From Octopus sinensis (taxonomy: Eukaryota), in assembly GCF_006345805.1 (NCBI RefSeq), contig NC_042999.1, positions 81,158,001 to 81,222,000 on the forward strand: a DNA stretch of 64,000 nucleotides, in the 5' to 3' direction. Every line of letters begins with the position of its first letter. Positions within the stretch are counted from its first letter, which is position 1. The position numbers were made by a program, and so were the translations under genes. This document shows positions 14,520-28,505 of the stretch, in pieces. The notes under the pieces were generated by a model. That model ran no database searches, was not told the DNA's origin, and saw only the letters and a list, made by a program, of their open reading frames with translations.

Positions 14520-14732
14520 TATCCCAACCTACTGGCTCGTTGGGCAGGCCAAAATTAGCCCTGAGCGAAACGCCAATCTGCCCCAGGTTTACCCATTCAA
14601 AGCCCATTGGATTTGAAAAACGTGAAATAAATTGCCTGGCTCAAGAACACAATGCACAGTGATTTGGGAAATTGAATCCACGTTGTTGCGTCCGTGAGTG
14701 CGATACACAAACTAGTAGGTCACTCAACTTCA
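14520..14732 (-). mobile_element. Degenerate tRNA-derived SINE family C (CORE-like)
   Basis: tgaaataaattgcctggctcaagaacacaa matches tgaaataaagtgtcttgctcaagaacacaa in the 55362-55710 copy. Confidence 0.55.
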
Positions 14733-15429
14733 CTCCCACATACACACAAGCAATAGAACACCATGTCCTCAAACATGAGAAGAGTGACTTTTTAGTGAAA
14801 GGTCTGCAGGAAACTCTCTAATAATGTACATAAATATCGACTTGCATCGTATTATAAAGATGTTAAAATTTGCAAGAAGTTTATACTCTCTACTCGCATC
14901 GTATCTTCATTGGTTTACTTTTGAAATTGAAGTGTCACAGATACATACAAAACGCGTGTTTACCAAAATTATCAGAGAAAACATTTAGCTTTTAATGAGT
15001 GCGCAAAATTTTCAAGTATGTAGGCTAATGATACTTCAAATATGATAAACATATAATTACAAATATAATGAAAGTTGTAGTTTCTATTCCCATATGCTTT
15101 TGTTGCTGAAGCAGTGTTGTATATTCAAGCAAATGTACAAAACGTTCATGATGTTGAATGCATTCATTCTTTTCAGACATAAAATAAATGTAACTTATAC
15201 ATGTGAATTCCCGTATACACACATTTCACTGGTCATATATTTATATGCAAGTGTAAAGACAAAAATTTGCAATTTTATAGATATTACCTGCGTAGTCGAT
15301 GCAGCAGAATATTTATGAATCTTGCTTAAATGCTGAAAGCATTTTTGCCTTCATTATAATTCTCGCTAACCCATAATTCTTAGTTAACTAGGTTTTGTTA
15401 TTGTGTATATCCAAAATAATAATGGCTTC

Positions 15430-15637
15430 AAATTTTGCCACAAGGGCAGACATTTTGGAGGTGGGGACGAGTCGATGTAATCGACTCCAGTGTTCTACTG
15501 GCAATTATTTTATCGAACCCCAGAAGATGAAAAGCAAAGCTGACCTCGACAGAATTTGAACACATAACTTAGCAACAGGTGAAATAGCGCTAAGCATTTC
15601 GTCCAACGCGCTAACGATTCTGCTAGCTGACTGCCTG
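15430..15637 (-). mobile_element. tRNA-derived SINE family B
   Basis: ttattttatcgaacccc..gatgaaaagcaaag..gacctcgacagaatttgaac..gctaagcatttcgtcc..gctaacgattctgctagct is the reverse complement of the family B layout. Confidence 0.75.
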
Positions 15638-15697
15638 GTGCATACACGTGCACTGATATTTCAGTCAGTAAATTGAATGTGTGCAGAAATTGGATCT

Positions 15698-16129
15698 TTT
15701 CGGTTTGAACGGCAGTTTTTAACATAATTTCTAGGTAACTAAAAAATTTTAAACTTCGTATACTGGTAGAATGTGTTTATAAAACATCTTTTTCTCTTGG
15801 CTTTATTGAGAAAATTCTATAGTTTGTAAGATATTTGTTGTTGTTTTTTCTTCAATTTCTGCAATTTCAACCGATCACTGACGTCTATTGATGTAAATAA
15901 CATTCTGTGCCGTATGAATATGTCCCTCGTTTAAGAAACAGATTGGGTTTATTTACATTTGTGAAGAAAAAAATACCCTTCCCCCCACCCCTAACCCTAA
16001 CTCTAACCCTAACCCTCACTAACCCTAACTCTAAAACAGATTGAACTGCAATAGATCGATACTAGGGTCATAATTATGGGTGACAATTTCATATGACACC
16101 GCTAGAAAAAACTGCCGTTCAAACCGAAA
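15698..16129. mobile_element. MITE-like element with 23-bp perfect inverted repeats and an internal (CCCTAA)n-like tract
   Basis: tttcggtttgaacggcagttttt (15698-15720) and aaaaactgccgttcaaaccgaaa (16107-16129); degenerate telomeric hexamers at 15989-16034. Confidence 0.8.
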
Positions 16130-16784
16130 GGTTTCCCGGAAATTTTCTGAAATTGAATATGGATTATTTTACTGTTGTTCAAATCCAAATTCCAGGATTG
16201 TAGCTTTGCTTCCTTGTTAAATATGAGTCGTTTCTCTATAGGAAATATTCAAACATCTCAAAGCAACAAGCGAACATACATTAACACATATTTATATGAG
16301 CATGTGTATCTCTCATTCTCTCTCTTTCTGTCACTCTATTCTATCTCTCTCTATTCCTTTCTGTCTGTGTGTGTCTGTCTCTCTCCGTATGTGTGAGTGC
16401 GTGTGTGCGTGCGTACGCATGTATATAAGCGCGCACACATGTATGTATGTATGTAGTATGTTACTCTATACCGCAATAAAAATATTATTCGAGTCATTTA
16501 ACCTGCATACCTATTAGCACTCCAGTTTAATTTTTAGCAGCGACCCATATTCACAACTCTCTTCAAATCGTTTATTTCATTTAACATTAAAATTTCCAAT
16601 CATTTTTCTGTATATGACTATTAAGCCAAATATATATCGATATATTAATATTATCTGAACGAATAATGAAACAATTTACATTTGCATTTTTCTTGACCGA
16701 CTTTTCATAACGAACACATTTATTGCCTTTACACAAAGATTGTCTGCATTATTATTACCAGTATTATTATATTATTATCAGAAT

Positions 16785-16932
16785 GTCTTCTTCTTCGTTT
16801 TCTTCTTCTCTTCTTCTTCTTCTTCTTCTTCTTCTTCTTCTCTTCTTCTTCTTCTTCTTCTTCTTCTTCTTCTTCTTCTTCTTCTTCTCTTCTTCTCTTC
16901 TTCTTCTTCTTCTTCTTTCCTACTACTACCAA

Positions 16933-17003
<71 letters not shown>

Positions 17004-17044
17004 TAACTACCACTACTGCTACTACTATTGTTGCTGCTGCTGCA

Positions 17045-17075
<31 letters not shown>

Positions 17076-17234
17076 CTACTGCCACTACAACTACTACTAC
17101 TACGACTTCTGCTGCTGCTGTTGCTACTACTACTACTAATGCTGCTGCTACTACTACTACTATTACTACTACTGCTGCTGCTGCTACTACTACTGCTGCT
17201 GCTGCTACTACTACAGCTACTACTACCGCTGCTG

Positions 17235-17265
<31 letters not shown>

Positions 17266-17275
17266 AACTACTGTA
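16785..17275. repeat. Compound trinucleotide array (CTT)n-(CTA)n-(CTG)n
   Basis: Direct reading; source of the poly-E/K/S/V/Y/L ORFs. Confidence 0.95.
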
Positions 17276-17948
17276 GCAAAGCTCTTTAGAATGCTGGCTT
17301 GTGACCATATTCCTACCAAAGTGATGCTAGCAGTTGAACTATTCGATCGCAAAATCGATTGATTTACTGGTATGTGAAAAGTGTATGTACCACTCACTTC
17401 ACAGACACATCTTCGCTTCAAAGAAGCATACTAGTTGGATATGAATATCTGTCCAAAACAATATGAGCTGGCATTTTTACAAGTATATTTTGAATGACAA
17501 TGCAGTAAATGAAAAACCCATCAATAAATAATTGTGAATGATTCAAAACGAATTTTCACAGAAACAGATTAAGCTTATAATTAGAGAAATGTTTCAGGGA
17601 AGTGTCACATTTGAATATCAGCCCGTCTACTGATTTGACAAATCTAGTTTAATCCTTCCGTTACATAATATATGAATTCTAAACGAAACAAAATAATAAT
17701 ATTTAAAAATGACAATTTCTTGAGAGACTTAGTGTAACGAGTTAATACATATTATAAAACCTTAATACCCGTGCATATTAGGAGCAGATTTTTCAGTCTT
17801 TAAATGATGACAAGCTGTCTATCTGTATTGTTTTGGCGTATAGTCATGCACGCACATGTAAAAATCCGCACACGAACTTGCAAATACGTACACATACTCA
17901 TCCGAACACATACAAATACACACACACGCACACAAATATATATAAAGA

Positions 17949-18138
17949 AAGGCGGCGAGCTGGCAGAAACGTATTTCGTCTGCCGTTACGTTCTGAGTTC
18001 AAATTCCGACTTACCTTTCATCCTTTCGGGGTAGATAAATACCAGTTACGCACTTGGGTCGTTGTAATCGACTTCATCCGTTTGTCTGTCCTTGTTTGTT
18101 CCCTCTATGTTTAGCCCCTTGCGGGCAATAAAGAAATA
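17949..18138 (+). mobile_element. tRNA-derived SINE family B with internal deletions
   Basis: ggcggcgagctggcagaaacg..ttacgttctgagttcaaattcc..cctttcatcctttcggggt..gataaataccagttacgcact; the central motif resembles the MetaSINE-type domain (from memory). Confidence 0.8.
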
Positions 18139-20321
18139 ACAAGCATATACAATGAATATAATATATCATAATACAATATAATATAATATTTGTCTATGTG
18201 TGTGAGTGTTCGTGCGCGCATATGAGTAGGTGTATGTTTGGTTGTGTATGTTTACTGAGATTGCTAATCAGACACAGAGAAAGACAATTTTGTTGTATTC
18301 GAGGGGAAAAAACTGATATTCTATATCAACTAGAAATTTCATCTTATAATTTATTTGCAGTAACTAACCGCACTACATTAGAGCGTTATAGACAAACGAT
18401 GATCTTTAGAACGTACGGTAGATTCAACGTTAAATCGGCGCATTTATACAACGAACCAAAAATTTTAACACGCATACCCATACATACTGAAAGAATTCTA
18501 CTGAGAAGATGCTACTTTTAGATTACTGAAACCATAGAATTATGGAAGCCGTGTAGCAATATATAGGACTATATTCGTAAAGATATCGAAGTTTTGTCAG
18601 TTACTGAGGCTGACCAAAAACCATCAAAATTTATGTTCAATATTTCATCTATCCTATTTTTAATGTTCAAAACACCTAGAAAAACTTATATACATTAATA
18701 TATAGTTTCTAAAATTTATGCGTTAACATTTTCAATTGTGGAAAAGTCCATGAGAGCAATCAACGTTGATATTATCTTACTGAATGACTGGGTACTTTTT
18801 GTAACTGGGTGATTCCAGGCTATATTAAATCCATTACATGTGAAATAAACTACTTGCACTACTTAATTGTTGGAAATTGCCCAAGGAATTGGGATGTGAT
18901 GTGAGCAAGAATTCACCAAATCCTATAGTTTTCAAAATTGCTAATAAAGTTCTACATCTACTTGTGATAAAAACTAAAACCACTGGAGTCATTAATGCAA
19001 GAGCAAGATGTTTCGCAGGAAAAAGGATTGAAGATTTAATTGTTAAATTTAACATTCTCTAAACCACATATATTTTCGGAGAGCAAGAAATGTAGCAGCA
19101 GCTAAAAATGTAATACAATTTGAAAACCTGCTAGAAGTCGTTGATTTAAAAGTAATATTTCATCGATCTGCTGCAATCCGGTTGGTAATCCTTATTTACA
19201 GGGAAGAGAGCATCTGCAATTTACATTCAGCATTGACTAAAATATATGGATATATACTGTAGTGCAGTATAACAATGGAAGTAAAGACAGTTTACGAATA
19301 ATAAAAACATATACGGTACTCACAGGTGCTCGCACGCCGAATGTTTCTATTTCATTAAATGTTTTTACGAACATGGAAAATCAGTATAAAATAACCAGAT
19401 TTATAGTTATATAATTTTAAATATATTTGGTGCAATTTAAGTCTTAGCTAGGATCTTAGTAGACAGACAACTATGTTGTAAATGTTGTTAGTCTAATTAC
19501 ATTTTACCAAAAAAAATATAGGTGCTATAAAATGTTCAAGAGAAAGTATTTTGATGTTTCTCACTTGTGATGTAAAAATTCCGACGGATTATTAAATCTG
19601 TTATTAAAAGCGACATTTTAAAAGAAATTTATCGGTTACGTGGGGTAGTGGTATGTATAAAACTCAAACAATCGTCAGCTTAGTGGAAATTGGTACCCAG
19701 ATTTTTTATCTTATTTTTTTTTACGTTTCTGTTTTTGTAGTATGTTGTGTCAAAGTAGAAATGAACGATTATGTTCATCCGAGAAATCGGTACAAAACAA
19801 AGAAAAATTAATGAAAGCATTTTTTGGTCAGTCCAGACTACAAATTTGCCACTTTTATATCGAATCCTATTTAGAAACATATGACATTATACAGTCTATA
19901 TAATAGTCTATCTTTGATTATCACTGCTCACAAGAATAAAAACTAGGAAATATTTTGATATCTTAGCAAAACAGCAGAAAAATGTAGTCGAGAAGTGTAT
20001 TTAAAATAGTTAGGCCACATCGAAACATTTGCCTTAACATATATACTTGACAAATTCGCTACTCATTCTCATGCTGTTCCTCATTTGAAATATTCTTCAT
20101 TTTGCTGTCTTGGAGTCTCTATTTGGTTACCAAACATGTATGTTTAATGTGGTCAGAAATTTCAAGAAATTAATTTACTTTTTTATCACAAACAACTTCT
20201 TTAAAGTTTTCTCTTAACACACCTTACTTTCGCTTCTTGGTATTTTAGTAATTTGAGCGAGACTATTTTATGAATTACTTAGGGTTAATACCATCATATA
20301 TAAAGCGTAAAAAGTGTAAAG

Positions 20322-20360
<39 letters not shown>

Positions 20361-20406
20361 CACACACACACACACACCACACACACACACACACACCACA
20401 CACACA

Positions 20407-20472
<66 letters not shown>

Positions 20473-20476
20473 CCCT

Positions 20477-20750
20477 TTTTGCTCTTTTACTCGTTTCAGT
20501 CATTTGACTGTGGCTATGCTGGAAGACGGGCTTTTTAGTCGAGCAACTCGACCACAGGACATATGCTTTGTAAGCCTAGTACTTATTCTATCGGTATCCT
20601 TTGCCGAACCGCTAAGTTACGGGGACGTAAACACACCAGCATCGGTTGTCAAGCGAGATTATAGACAGTGACCGAAGGTGCAACTCAATGGAACTGAACT
20701 CGGAACCATGTGATTGGAAAGCAATCTTCAGACCACAAACACGCTTTGCC
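20477..20750 (-). mobile_element. SINE family A, internally deleted
   Basis: ttttactcgtttcagtcatttgactgtggctatgctgga..aagcctagtacttattctatcgg..gccgaaccgctaagttacggggacgtaaacacaccagcatcggttgtcaagcg, then a head fragment ctgaactcggaaccatgtg. Confidence 0.85.
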
Positions 20751-21861
20751 TATATGCATATAAAGATAATAGTTAGATAGATAGATAGATAGATAAAGAG
20801 AGAGAGAGAAATAAACGGGAAGAAAGATAGATATGCGGCAAATATGAATATATATCCATATTTGTATATACACACATTGACTCGCCCAGACAGACATTCA
20901 CACGCATACATGTGTAATAATTTTTTAAAAAATACAAAATATATTAGCAACTATGAATATAATAAGCTGGATTCATATACACATTTCTTTGCATCAAATT
21001 TTCTATTATAAATTCATTTAATTTTTGTAGACAATTTCGATGTAAAATGTGCAAGAAAATTATTAATGGATCTTTTCTTACCAACTAGATATCTATTTGA
21101 ATACTTTCATGGTTACCACTTGTTTTTCCTTTGATTATCAATTTTTATTAAATGGTGTTGCATTATTTCAAGAGTATTCCAGAAACATATTAAATAACAT
21201 TAAAGGGGAATAGCGATGATGAAGTCGGAAGTTGGCATATATGCCAGCCACAATTTCTTTCGGTTCCAATTATGTTTTTACGTATATTAAAAATCAGTAG
21301 AAAATATGTAAATTTTCGAAATTTTTCATAACCTTGATAGAAACGTAATTGTGGATGCAAACGCAGCATCACGGGCTATAATAAAGCTAAGTAATTTAAA
21401 ACAACACAAGAGTTTTATTAAATAAGATTAAAACTATTGTTTTGATTTTCGTCGATATTAGTTGCTTTCGTGTTTTTCGAAGTTTACTCTGACAGAAACA
21501 AAATAGTAATCTTCAGGAATATTTGTTCTCTAGACTCATCGTGATATTGATTCTGATGACTGCTTATTGCATATAGTTAACATATTGGTTATCAATATAG
21601 TATTATTCTTCACCTGAAATTCTGGATATTTTGGTTGAGTTAACTTCTTTGGTGACATTTTCGGGCTAAATTAAGTACTAAATGTTTGGAACGAAAAGTA
21701 GATTTGATCCTGAAAGTAGATTTGATCCTGATAATATGCCAATCATTGAAATCTAAATCAAACATTTATGATGAGTAGGTTACAGAAAATCAATACGTTA
21801 AGGGGACGTAATCATAACATCATCGGCTGTAAAGTGATGGTAGTGGTCATAAACATGAACA

Positions 21862-21928
<67 letters not shown>

Positions 21929-21988
21929 AGAGTAAATGTGTTTGAAAGTTGTGGTTTCTTTGGTATGTTTGTTCCCAAACAACACTTA

Positions 21989-22092
21989 CGAGGGGTGTAT
22001 GAAAAGTCTCGAGCCTAAAAAAAAAAACAACATGGTACAAGATTTCAAGGCTCAAAGGCCCTGAGGGCTCAAAACTTTTCATAAACCCCTCG
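21989..22092. mobile_element. 104-bp Tc1/mariner-type MITE
   Basis: TA|cgaggggtgtatgaaaagt ... acttttcataaacccctcg|TA: inverted repeats with TA on both sides. Confidence 0.85.
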
Positions 22093-22247
22093 TATTTTAG
22101 TGCTGTTGACACCGCCGGATTAAGTGGGACTGCCCAAGTGTCGAAACTATAAAGATATCCGAGTGGTAGCTGATGATAGATGTATTGTTGGATTGTTGGA
22201 ATGGCTCTTTTTGTATATGTGGAATAGTATTATAACACATCCTCTTG

Positions 22248-22332
<85 letters not shown>

Positions 22333-23224
22333 GATAGATAGATAGATAGATTGATAGACGAAAGGCTTCTAACATGTCTTCTACTATAGCTTCTGTTCAA
22401 CACTTTGACAGAAAACACATGTTGAAGTTGCTATGCACTGGGAGTTTAAAACGGAACCATGTGGTTGTGAAGCAATAATATACTTGTAATTGCTTTTTAC
22501 ATGGTTTCTAATTTATATGTACCGTAGAAACCACTTCATCGTGTACTCTGTATATAATTATACGACAATATAATTTAAATGAACAAAATGTATATGAAAA
22601 GAATCGGCTTTAATTTGATTATATTTCGTAGTTTGCTTTATGAACTAATCGGTCTAATATAATTATTTTTCCCTAAATTAATTTTATGTTTTTTCTTATC
22701 ATAGATATTTGAATGTTGAGTAGAAATACACGCTTATATTCAGATGTGAATGATTTATGGATCAAATATATCAAGAAAATAAAACACGATTATGGGCAAG
22801 ATTATAGTTTTTCACGCCGATGAACCTGATTTTCAAACTTTTGTAAATTATAATAAGTTCCGACATCGATCAAACATTTCATTATTTTCGAGCATTTCTT
22901 CATGATATATATATATGCACGTTAATTTGACTGCATTCGGGCAATCATAAACACACACACATATATGTATATACACAGACACATTTAAGGATGTACATAT
23001 TTATATGAAGACATATCTGTGTGCATATTATTCTCAATGCTTACTAAAAGCTAAGAATCATAAATGCATGTGTCTTTAGGGGTATCAGGAAAAACATATG
23101 TACCATAGTAGTGATAATGCTGAAGTTATGCATTTCTGATGAAAGAAGTATTATTTCTATTATTTTTATTATTATTGTTCTTGATGATTTTGCTGTTGCT
23201 GTTGTTGTTGTGTACATTACTGCT

Positions 23225-23229
23225 ACCGA

Positions 23230-23279
<50 letters not shown>

Positions 23280-23326
23280 TCACCACCACCACAACCACCA
23301 CCACCACCACCACCACCACCACCACC

Positions 23327-23376
<50 letters not shown>

Positions 23377-23377
23377 G

Positions 23378-23417
<40 letters not shown>

Positions 23418-23435
23418 TTACTACTACTACTACTT
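23225..23435. repeat. (CTA)n(CCA)n(CTA)n microsatellite
   Basis: Direct reading; source of the poly-T/P/V ORFs. Confidence 0.95.
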
Positions 23436-24249
23436 GAACGAAAGAAATTTTATGAAATGCTTATATTAATAATATGAGAAAATTGTGCAGAAATCTTTCC
23501 TGAATACATTTGTACTAAATGTTTGATAAAGGAGTTCACTTCTATATGGGATAATTAAAATTTTTTCTCCCATATTTTCCATGAATACATCTTCAGTAAT
23601 ATATCATTAATGACGAAATGTACGGAAACGTACGCATATCTGTGCGAAAATATCCTTTACGTTGGTGTGAAGAAGAAGAAGAAGAAGAAGAAGAAGAAGA
23701 AGAAGAAGAAGAAGAAGAAGAAGAAATATTGTGCTCTATTCATTTTATTCCTACCCTAATCTGAATTCTTTGAATTCATGAGAACTTATCACAAGTCACT
23801 CAAAATAGGTGAAGTGACAAAGAAAAGAGTTACATAAAAATTAATAAAATCTATTACATCTCTCATAGTGAGTAATATTTTGGATACTTATGATTAAAAT
23901 TTAAAATGTCAAAATATTTATTCATAACTTCAAAATGAAATGTTGCTTAGAAGAACTAAACTTCCTGTGAATTGCCAACTGAAAACCGAGAAAAAAGAAG
24001 GAGCAGGAGGATTTAGTTATAAAACTACAACTGAACAGCCCTGTAAATATCGAATACAACAAAATTTAGATCCAGTCAACCAAAATACATTTACGCATGT
24101 AATTGTAGACGAGAGGATAAGTGATTAAGAAATACAAACTAAATGATCTAACAAGGAAGGCATTAAATTGACATAGGTAAAGGCATCGTAGATTTCTGCG
24201 CGAGCGTGCTTTTGTGTATGTGTATATATATATATATATCGTTTATCTT

Positions 24250-24880
24250 TAACGTTTATCACTTATTAAACTTCTGTCTAGCTGGGGCACTACCTTAAAT
24301 TTTTAGTCGAAAGAGACGACACTAGTACACGTCTTTTTAAAATGTTTATTCTGGTACTTATTCTAAATGTCACTTTTGGCAAGCCGCTAAGCTACTGAAA
24401 CATAAACACACCAACACCGGTTGTCAAGCGATGGTGTGGCGAAAATACAGACGTAATAATACACACTGTTTCTTTCAGTTTGTGTCTACCAAAATCCACT
24501 CACAAGTTTTCTCTGCATTAGATCTAACATTGAAGGAGAAATGATCCTTGCTTCCCTAAACACGAGCAATGTACTTCACGAAACATGGTTCCTGGTTCAG
24601 TCCAACAGCTTGCAAACTTTGCACTATAGACTCGTGTAGAGCAACGATTTGTGAGTGAATTTGAGAGCCAGAAACTGAAAGAAACCCACTTCGTATATAC
24701 ACATATGTGTGTGCGTGCGGCTTTATGTGAACGCGCGCGCGTTTGCACGCGTACACGTGTTATTGTGTCTGTGTTTGTTCCCCTTTTCTGCTAGACAACA
24801 CAACCGATGTTGGCGTGTTTACATTCCCATAAATTAGTTGTTCGGCAAATATTAGCCGATACAACAAATACCAGGCTTAA
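24250..24880. mobile_element. Two degenerate, oppositely oriented SINE family A copies (about 24250-24620 minus, 24640-24880 plus)
   Basis: ccgctaagctac..aaacacaccaacaccggttgtcaagcg..tctaccaaaatccactcacaag on minus; gaaactgaaagaaaccc..acaaccgatgttggcgtgtttac on plus. Confidence 0.6.
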
Positions 24881-25094
24881 AAGGATATGTAGTGGGTAGA
24901 TTAATACCATATAGTATAAATGTTTTACATTGAAAATAATCTTCGGTTGAAGAGGATGTATCCTATTTACCAAAAGGCAACCAAGAATGCTCCAAAATTG
25001 GCTTGGCATTAGAGAAAGGCTTATTACACACATACACCTTCTTCCATCGACATTATCAATAAGGTAATCATTCTCATCTATATGAAATGCATAG

Positions 25095-25409
25095 GCATAC
25101 ACGATAAATGTAGGACGCTTTTATGCCCTCAGAAATTTGCAAAGATTAAGCCAAAATGTGCTAGACATATGTAGCTCATATATATGTATAAAGTTAATCC
25201 AAACAAGAAAACACAGAAAAAAAGAGAAAAAAACACAGCAACGCAGGACGTGGAACAATTAAAGTATTATTGACGCTCAGGAAAGAAGGGAAGGAGGGCT
25301 TAGCGTTTCGAGCGGAGCTCTTCGTCGGAAACAAGGAGAAGGAAAGATCCCAAGGAGGGGAGACAGAGGAGAAAATATTTGAGCTGGTGGTGCTCAAGAG
25401 ATCACATGT

Positions 25410-25469
<60 letters not shown>

Positions 25470-25550
25470 GCTACATATGTCTAGCACATTTTGGCTTAAT
25501 CTTTGCAAATTTCCGAGGGCATAAAAGCGTCCTACATTTATCGTGTATGC
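25095..25550 (-). mobile_element. Non-coding element with about 90-bp terminal inverted repeats enclosing a degenerate hammerhead (25299-25331)
   Basis: gcatacacgataaatgtaggacgc..gtagctcata versus tatgggctacatatgtc..atttatcgtgtatgc; internal minus strand ttt-CCGACGA-a-gagc-tcc-gctc-GAAA-cgc-TA-ag. Confidence 0.75.
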
Positions 25551-25560
25551 ACATGCATAC

Positions 25561-25612
<52 letters not shown>

Positions 25613-25620
25613 TCATACAT

Positions 25621-25660
<40 letters not shown>

Positions 25661-25839
25661 TATATATATGTATGTATATATACATACGTGAGTGTGTATG
25701 TCTGTGTGTATTCATGTGCATCCGTGTGCGTGATTATGCCAAGTTATTTAATAAAAGAATTACTTCATGCTTTTCAGAAGAGAAATGTAAATATGGAATT
25801 CGAAAGGTCAAGTACCTTTCGTCAATTTCATAAACCAGT

Positions 25840-26960
25840 AAAATAAATCCTCAGTTGTCAAACAGTTTGGTGCTGAATTTTCGTTTTTTGACATTCAGAA
25901 TTCGAAATTGACAGCCATTTTTGTCATCACGTCAAGATCTTTAGAATCTGGTTCTATCAAATATTGTCTTTTTCGATAATGCAGCTTTTATGGAAAACGC
26001 ATAGCATACAAACATACATATAAATGTTTTAGAGTATTCGCTTAAAATTCTACTGAATATCTTGTAAAAATCCCATCCTTGTTTATTACGAATTTACGTT
26101 TGGAAAATTTTCTTTAGCGCTGAAACTCAGGAATATCATTTGGCATGTTACAGCCAAATCTGCCATCATATTAAAATTACACCTGTCTTGAAGCCTTTGT
26201 TCCATTGACTTTATGTCTTCAGGGATACCTTTTCCCTGCTCAACACTCGTTTCATCAAACTTTTCAGGAATTTATCAAGGAATATGTGGAGCTTTATGCT
26301 CATATTCACTCCCAAAATTTGGAAGTCTTCCAGCAGGTTGTCAGCTAATTCGGCATATTTTGCTGATTGCCTATTGCCCATAAAGTATTTCACACCTATG
26401 ACAAAGGAATTATACGCTGCTGCTTTAATGCCAATTCCAAAGTTCCCATCTTCCTTCAATTTTCTGGTTTGAGGTCTATCAAATACTTCAGGTTTTCCCC
26501 ATTGAAAATCATCGGGGAGATGTGCTACAGATAAATTGAAAGGACAGTCCAGATTATGTAGAACTTGAAGCAACTGCTTCGAAATGACCAGTTTGGTATG
26601 AAATAGAGTTAAGATGTTTTTCCCCAGTTGAACTCAGAGGTTTTTAACCACATTAACATAACCTGATGTCATTCAGTGACCACCCAATGTTTTCCCTTGC
26701 CTCTGCTCTCCCATATACACAAAACGCATGAATACTTTGCATATCCAATCTCTTGCCCCAGAACAATTGACCATTTTAAAGTCCCCGCATATCACCCACT
26801 GTTGGTTAGGATTTCCCAACTTCTTATTTTACGCTTAGTTTTGTAGAGTCAGCAGAGGCCAATATATTTTTATTATGAAGCAGAACACGTTTCAAACATC
26901 CTTTCGTGCTATCAAGAAATCAGCGCCAGAGTTCATTTTGATTAAAAATCTGTGGTTCTG
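25840..26960 (-). mobile_element. Decayed DNA transposase remnant, most similar to the Chapaev (CMC) type
   Basis: DSTKGCLKRVLLHN; QWVICGDFKMVN..LGQEIGYAKYSCVLCIWESR; VFDRPQTRKL..YFMGNRQSAKYAELADNLLEDFQILGVNMSIKLHIFL; SVEQG..EDIKSMEQRLQ..MMAD. Superfamily assigned from remembered motif series; boundaries approximate. Confidence 0.8.
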
Positions 26961-27142
26961 ATGAACTAGTGCCAAAGTAAACTGGATCAATTACAGTATG
27001 CTCTGACTTAGTTGATAATTGCAGGTTATCAAAAAGTTATAACAGGTATTTCCAAGAGTAGTAGCCTTGATATTTTTATTTTGTAGTTAATGAAACTCCT
27101 GTCTATACATACATGCTTACATACATACATACATATATATGT

Positions 27143-27183
<41 letters not shown>

Positions 27184-27737
27184 ATAAGTAGCTATACACA
27201 TATACATATACGTATACACACGCAGACAGAAACACACGCATAATGTATACTAATAAATTGCATAAGTTATGTTTGTAATAACATGAAACAAATTGAAGAT
27301 ATGGTTCTCATTATGACATTTATAGAAAAAGTATAGAAATTTGATATTATAGTATATTATTTTCTTATTTTGATTAACCAATAAATACAAATAAAAAGAT
27401 CTCAATAGAGTATGCTAAAATAACGTAATATTATCATACATTTAACGATGCCAGTTAGGTTCGTCACACCCACACCCACACAGACACATGTATACGTGTA
27501 TGTATGTATATCAGGATATTACTTCAATTTCTCTCTCTCTCTCTCTCAATATATATATATGTATATATATATATATACATACATATATATATATATATAT
27601 TATATATATATATATATATATACATATATATGTATATCAGGATATTATGGCATCAATTCATATATGTATATATATATACTTATGTATTTATATATACATA
27701 TATATAAGCATATATATATATATGTATATATATATAT

Positions 27738-27798
<61 letters not shown>

Positions 27799-28336
27799 GA
27801 TGTTTGTATATTATGTAATTACTTTAAGAAACCCACTCACGAAAAAGAACGTTAAATTATTTGTACATAATGAGATATATAAATTATGTTGACATTTTCA
27901 TTTCTTATTTGTTTGATGGACAATTTACCGTCAATACGAATGGTTCGATGTCGCCGTCTACTCACATGAATTGTCTCTACTTACTTTCATATAAAACGGA
28001 TTACAGACTTCCATAATGTAAGAATGTTGGAATGTATTAAAAATTACTTTATTAAAAATTCCCTTAGAAAGTTTTGATATGTAGTTTTATCATCAGTTAT
28101 GTGTTTTCTCTGCTTTGTCTGGGTTATATGCTGTTTCTTTTTCTTGTTTCATGAGATACCTATGTAAATATTGGAAAGAGATGAAGAATTGTATACATTT
28201 GTACATATATTTTCATATAAGAAATAAAATCATAGTTGAATGTTGTGGAAACGACTTTTAGGAATATCTCCGTAAATACACACACACACACACACACACG
28301 TACACACACTCACATATATACACACGTATATGAAAA

Positions 28337-28373
<37 letters not shown>

Positions 28374-28466
28374 CCTGTGTATAATATTGGTTATGAAATA
28401 GAAAGGAATTTCTTAATATTCATGTTTTTTTGCATGTGTTACGCCAATTAAATCAGCGTCACCGTT

Positions 28467-28505
<39 letters not shown>

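Noticed and set aside
15989-16034. True telomere or chromosome-fusion scar
   Set aside because: The tract is short, degenerate and lies inside an inverted-repeat element
18780-19240. Protein-like short ORFs on both strands with a donor-like site on minus
   Set aside because: Frames are interrupted by stops and no family is recognised
22110-22155. ctgttgacac..gtgtcgaaactata hammerhead-like fragment
   Set aside because: The core is mutated, stem II overlaps the core, and stem I is absent
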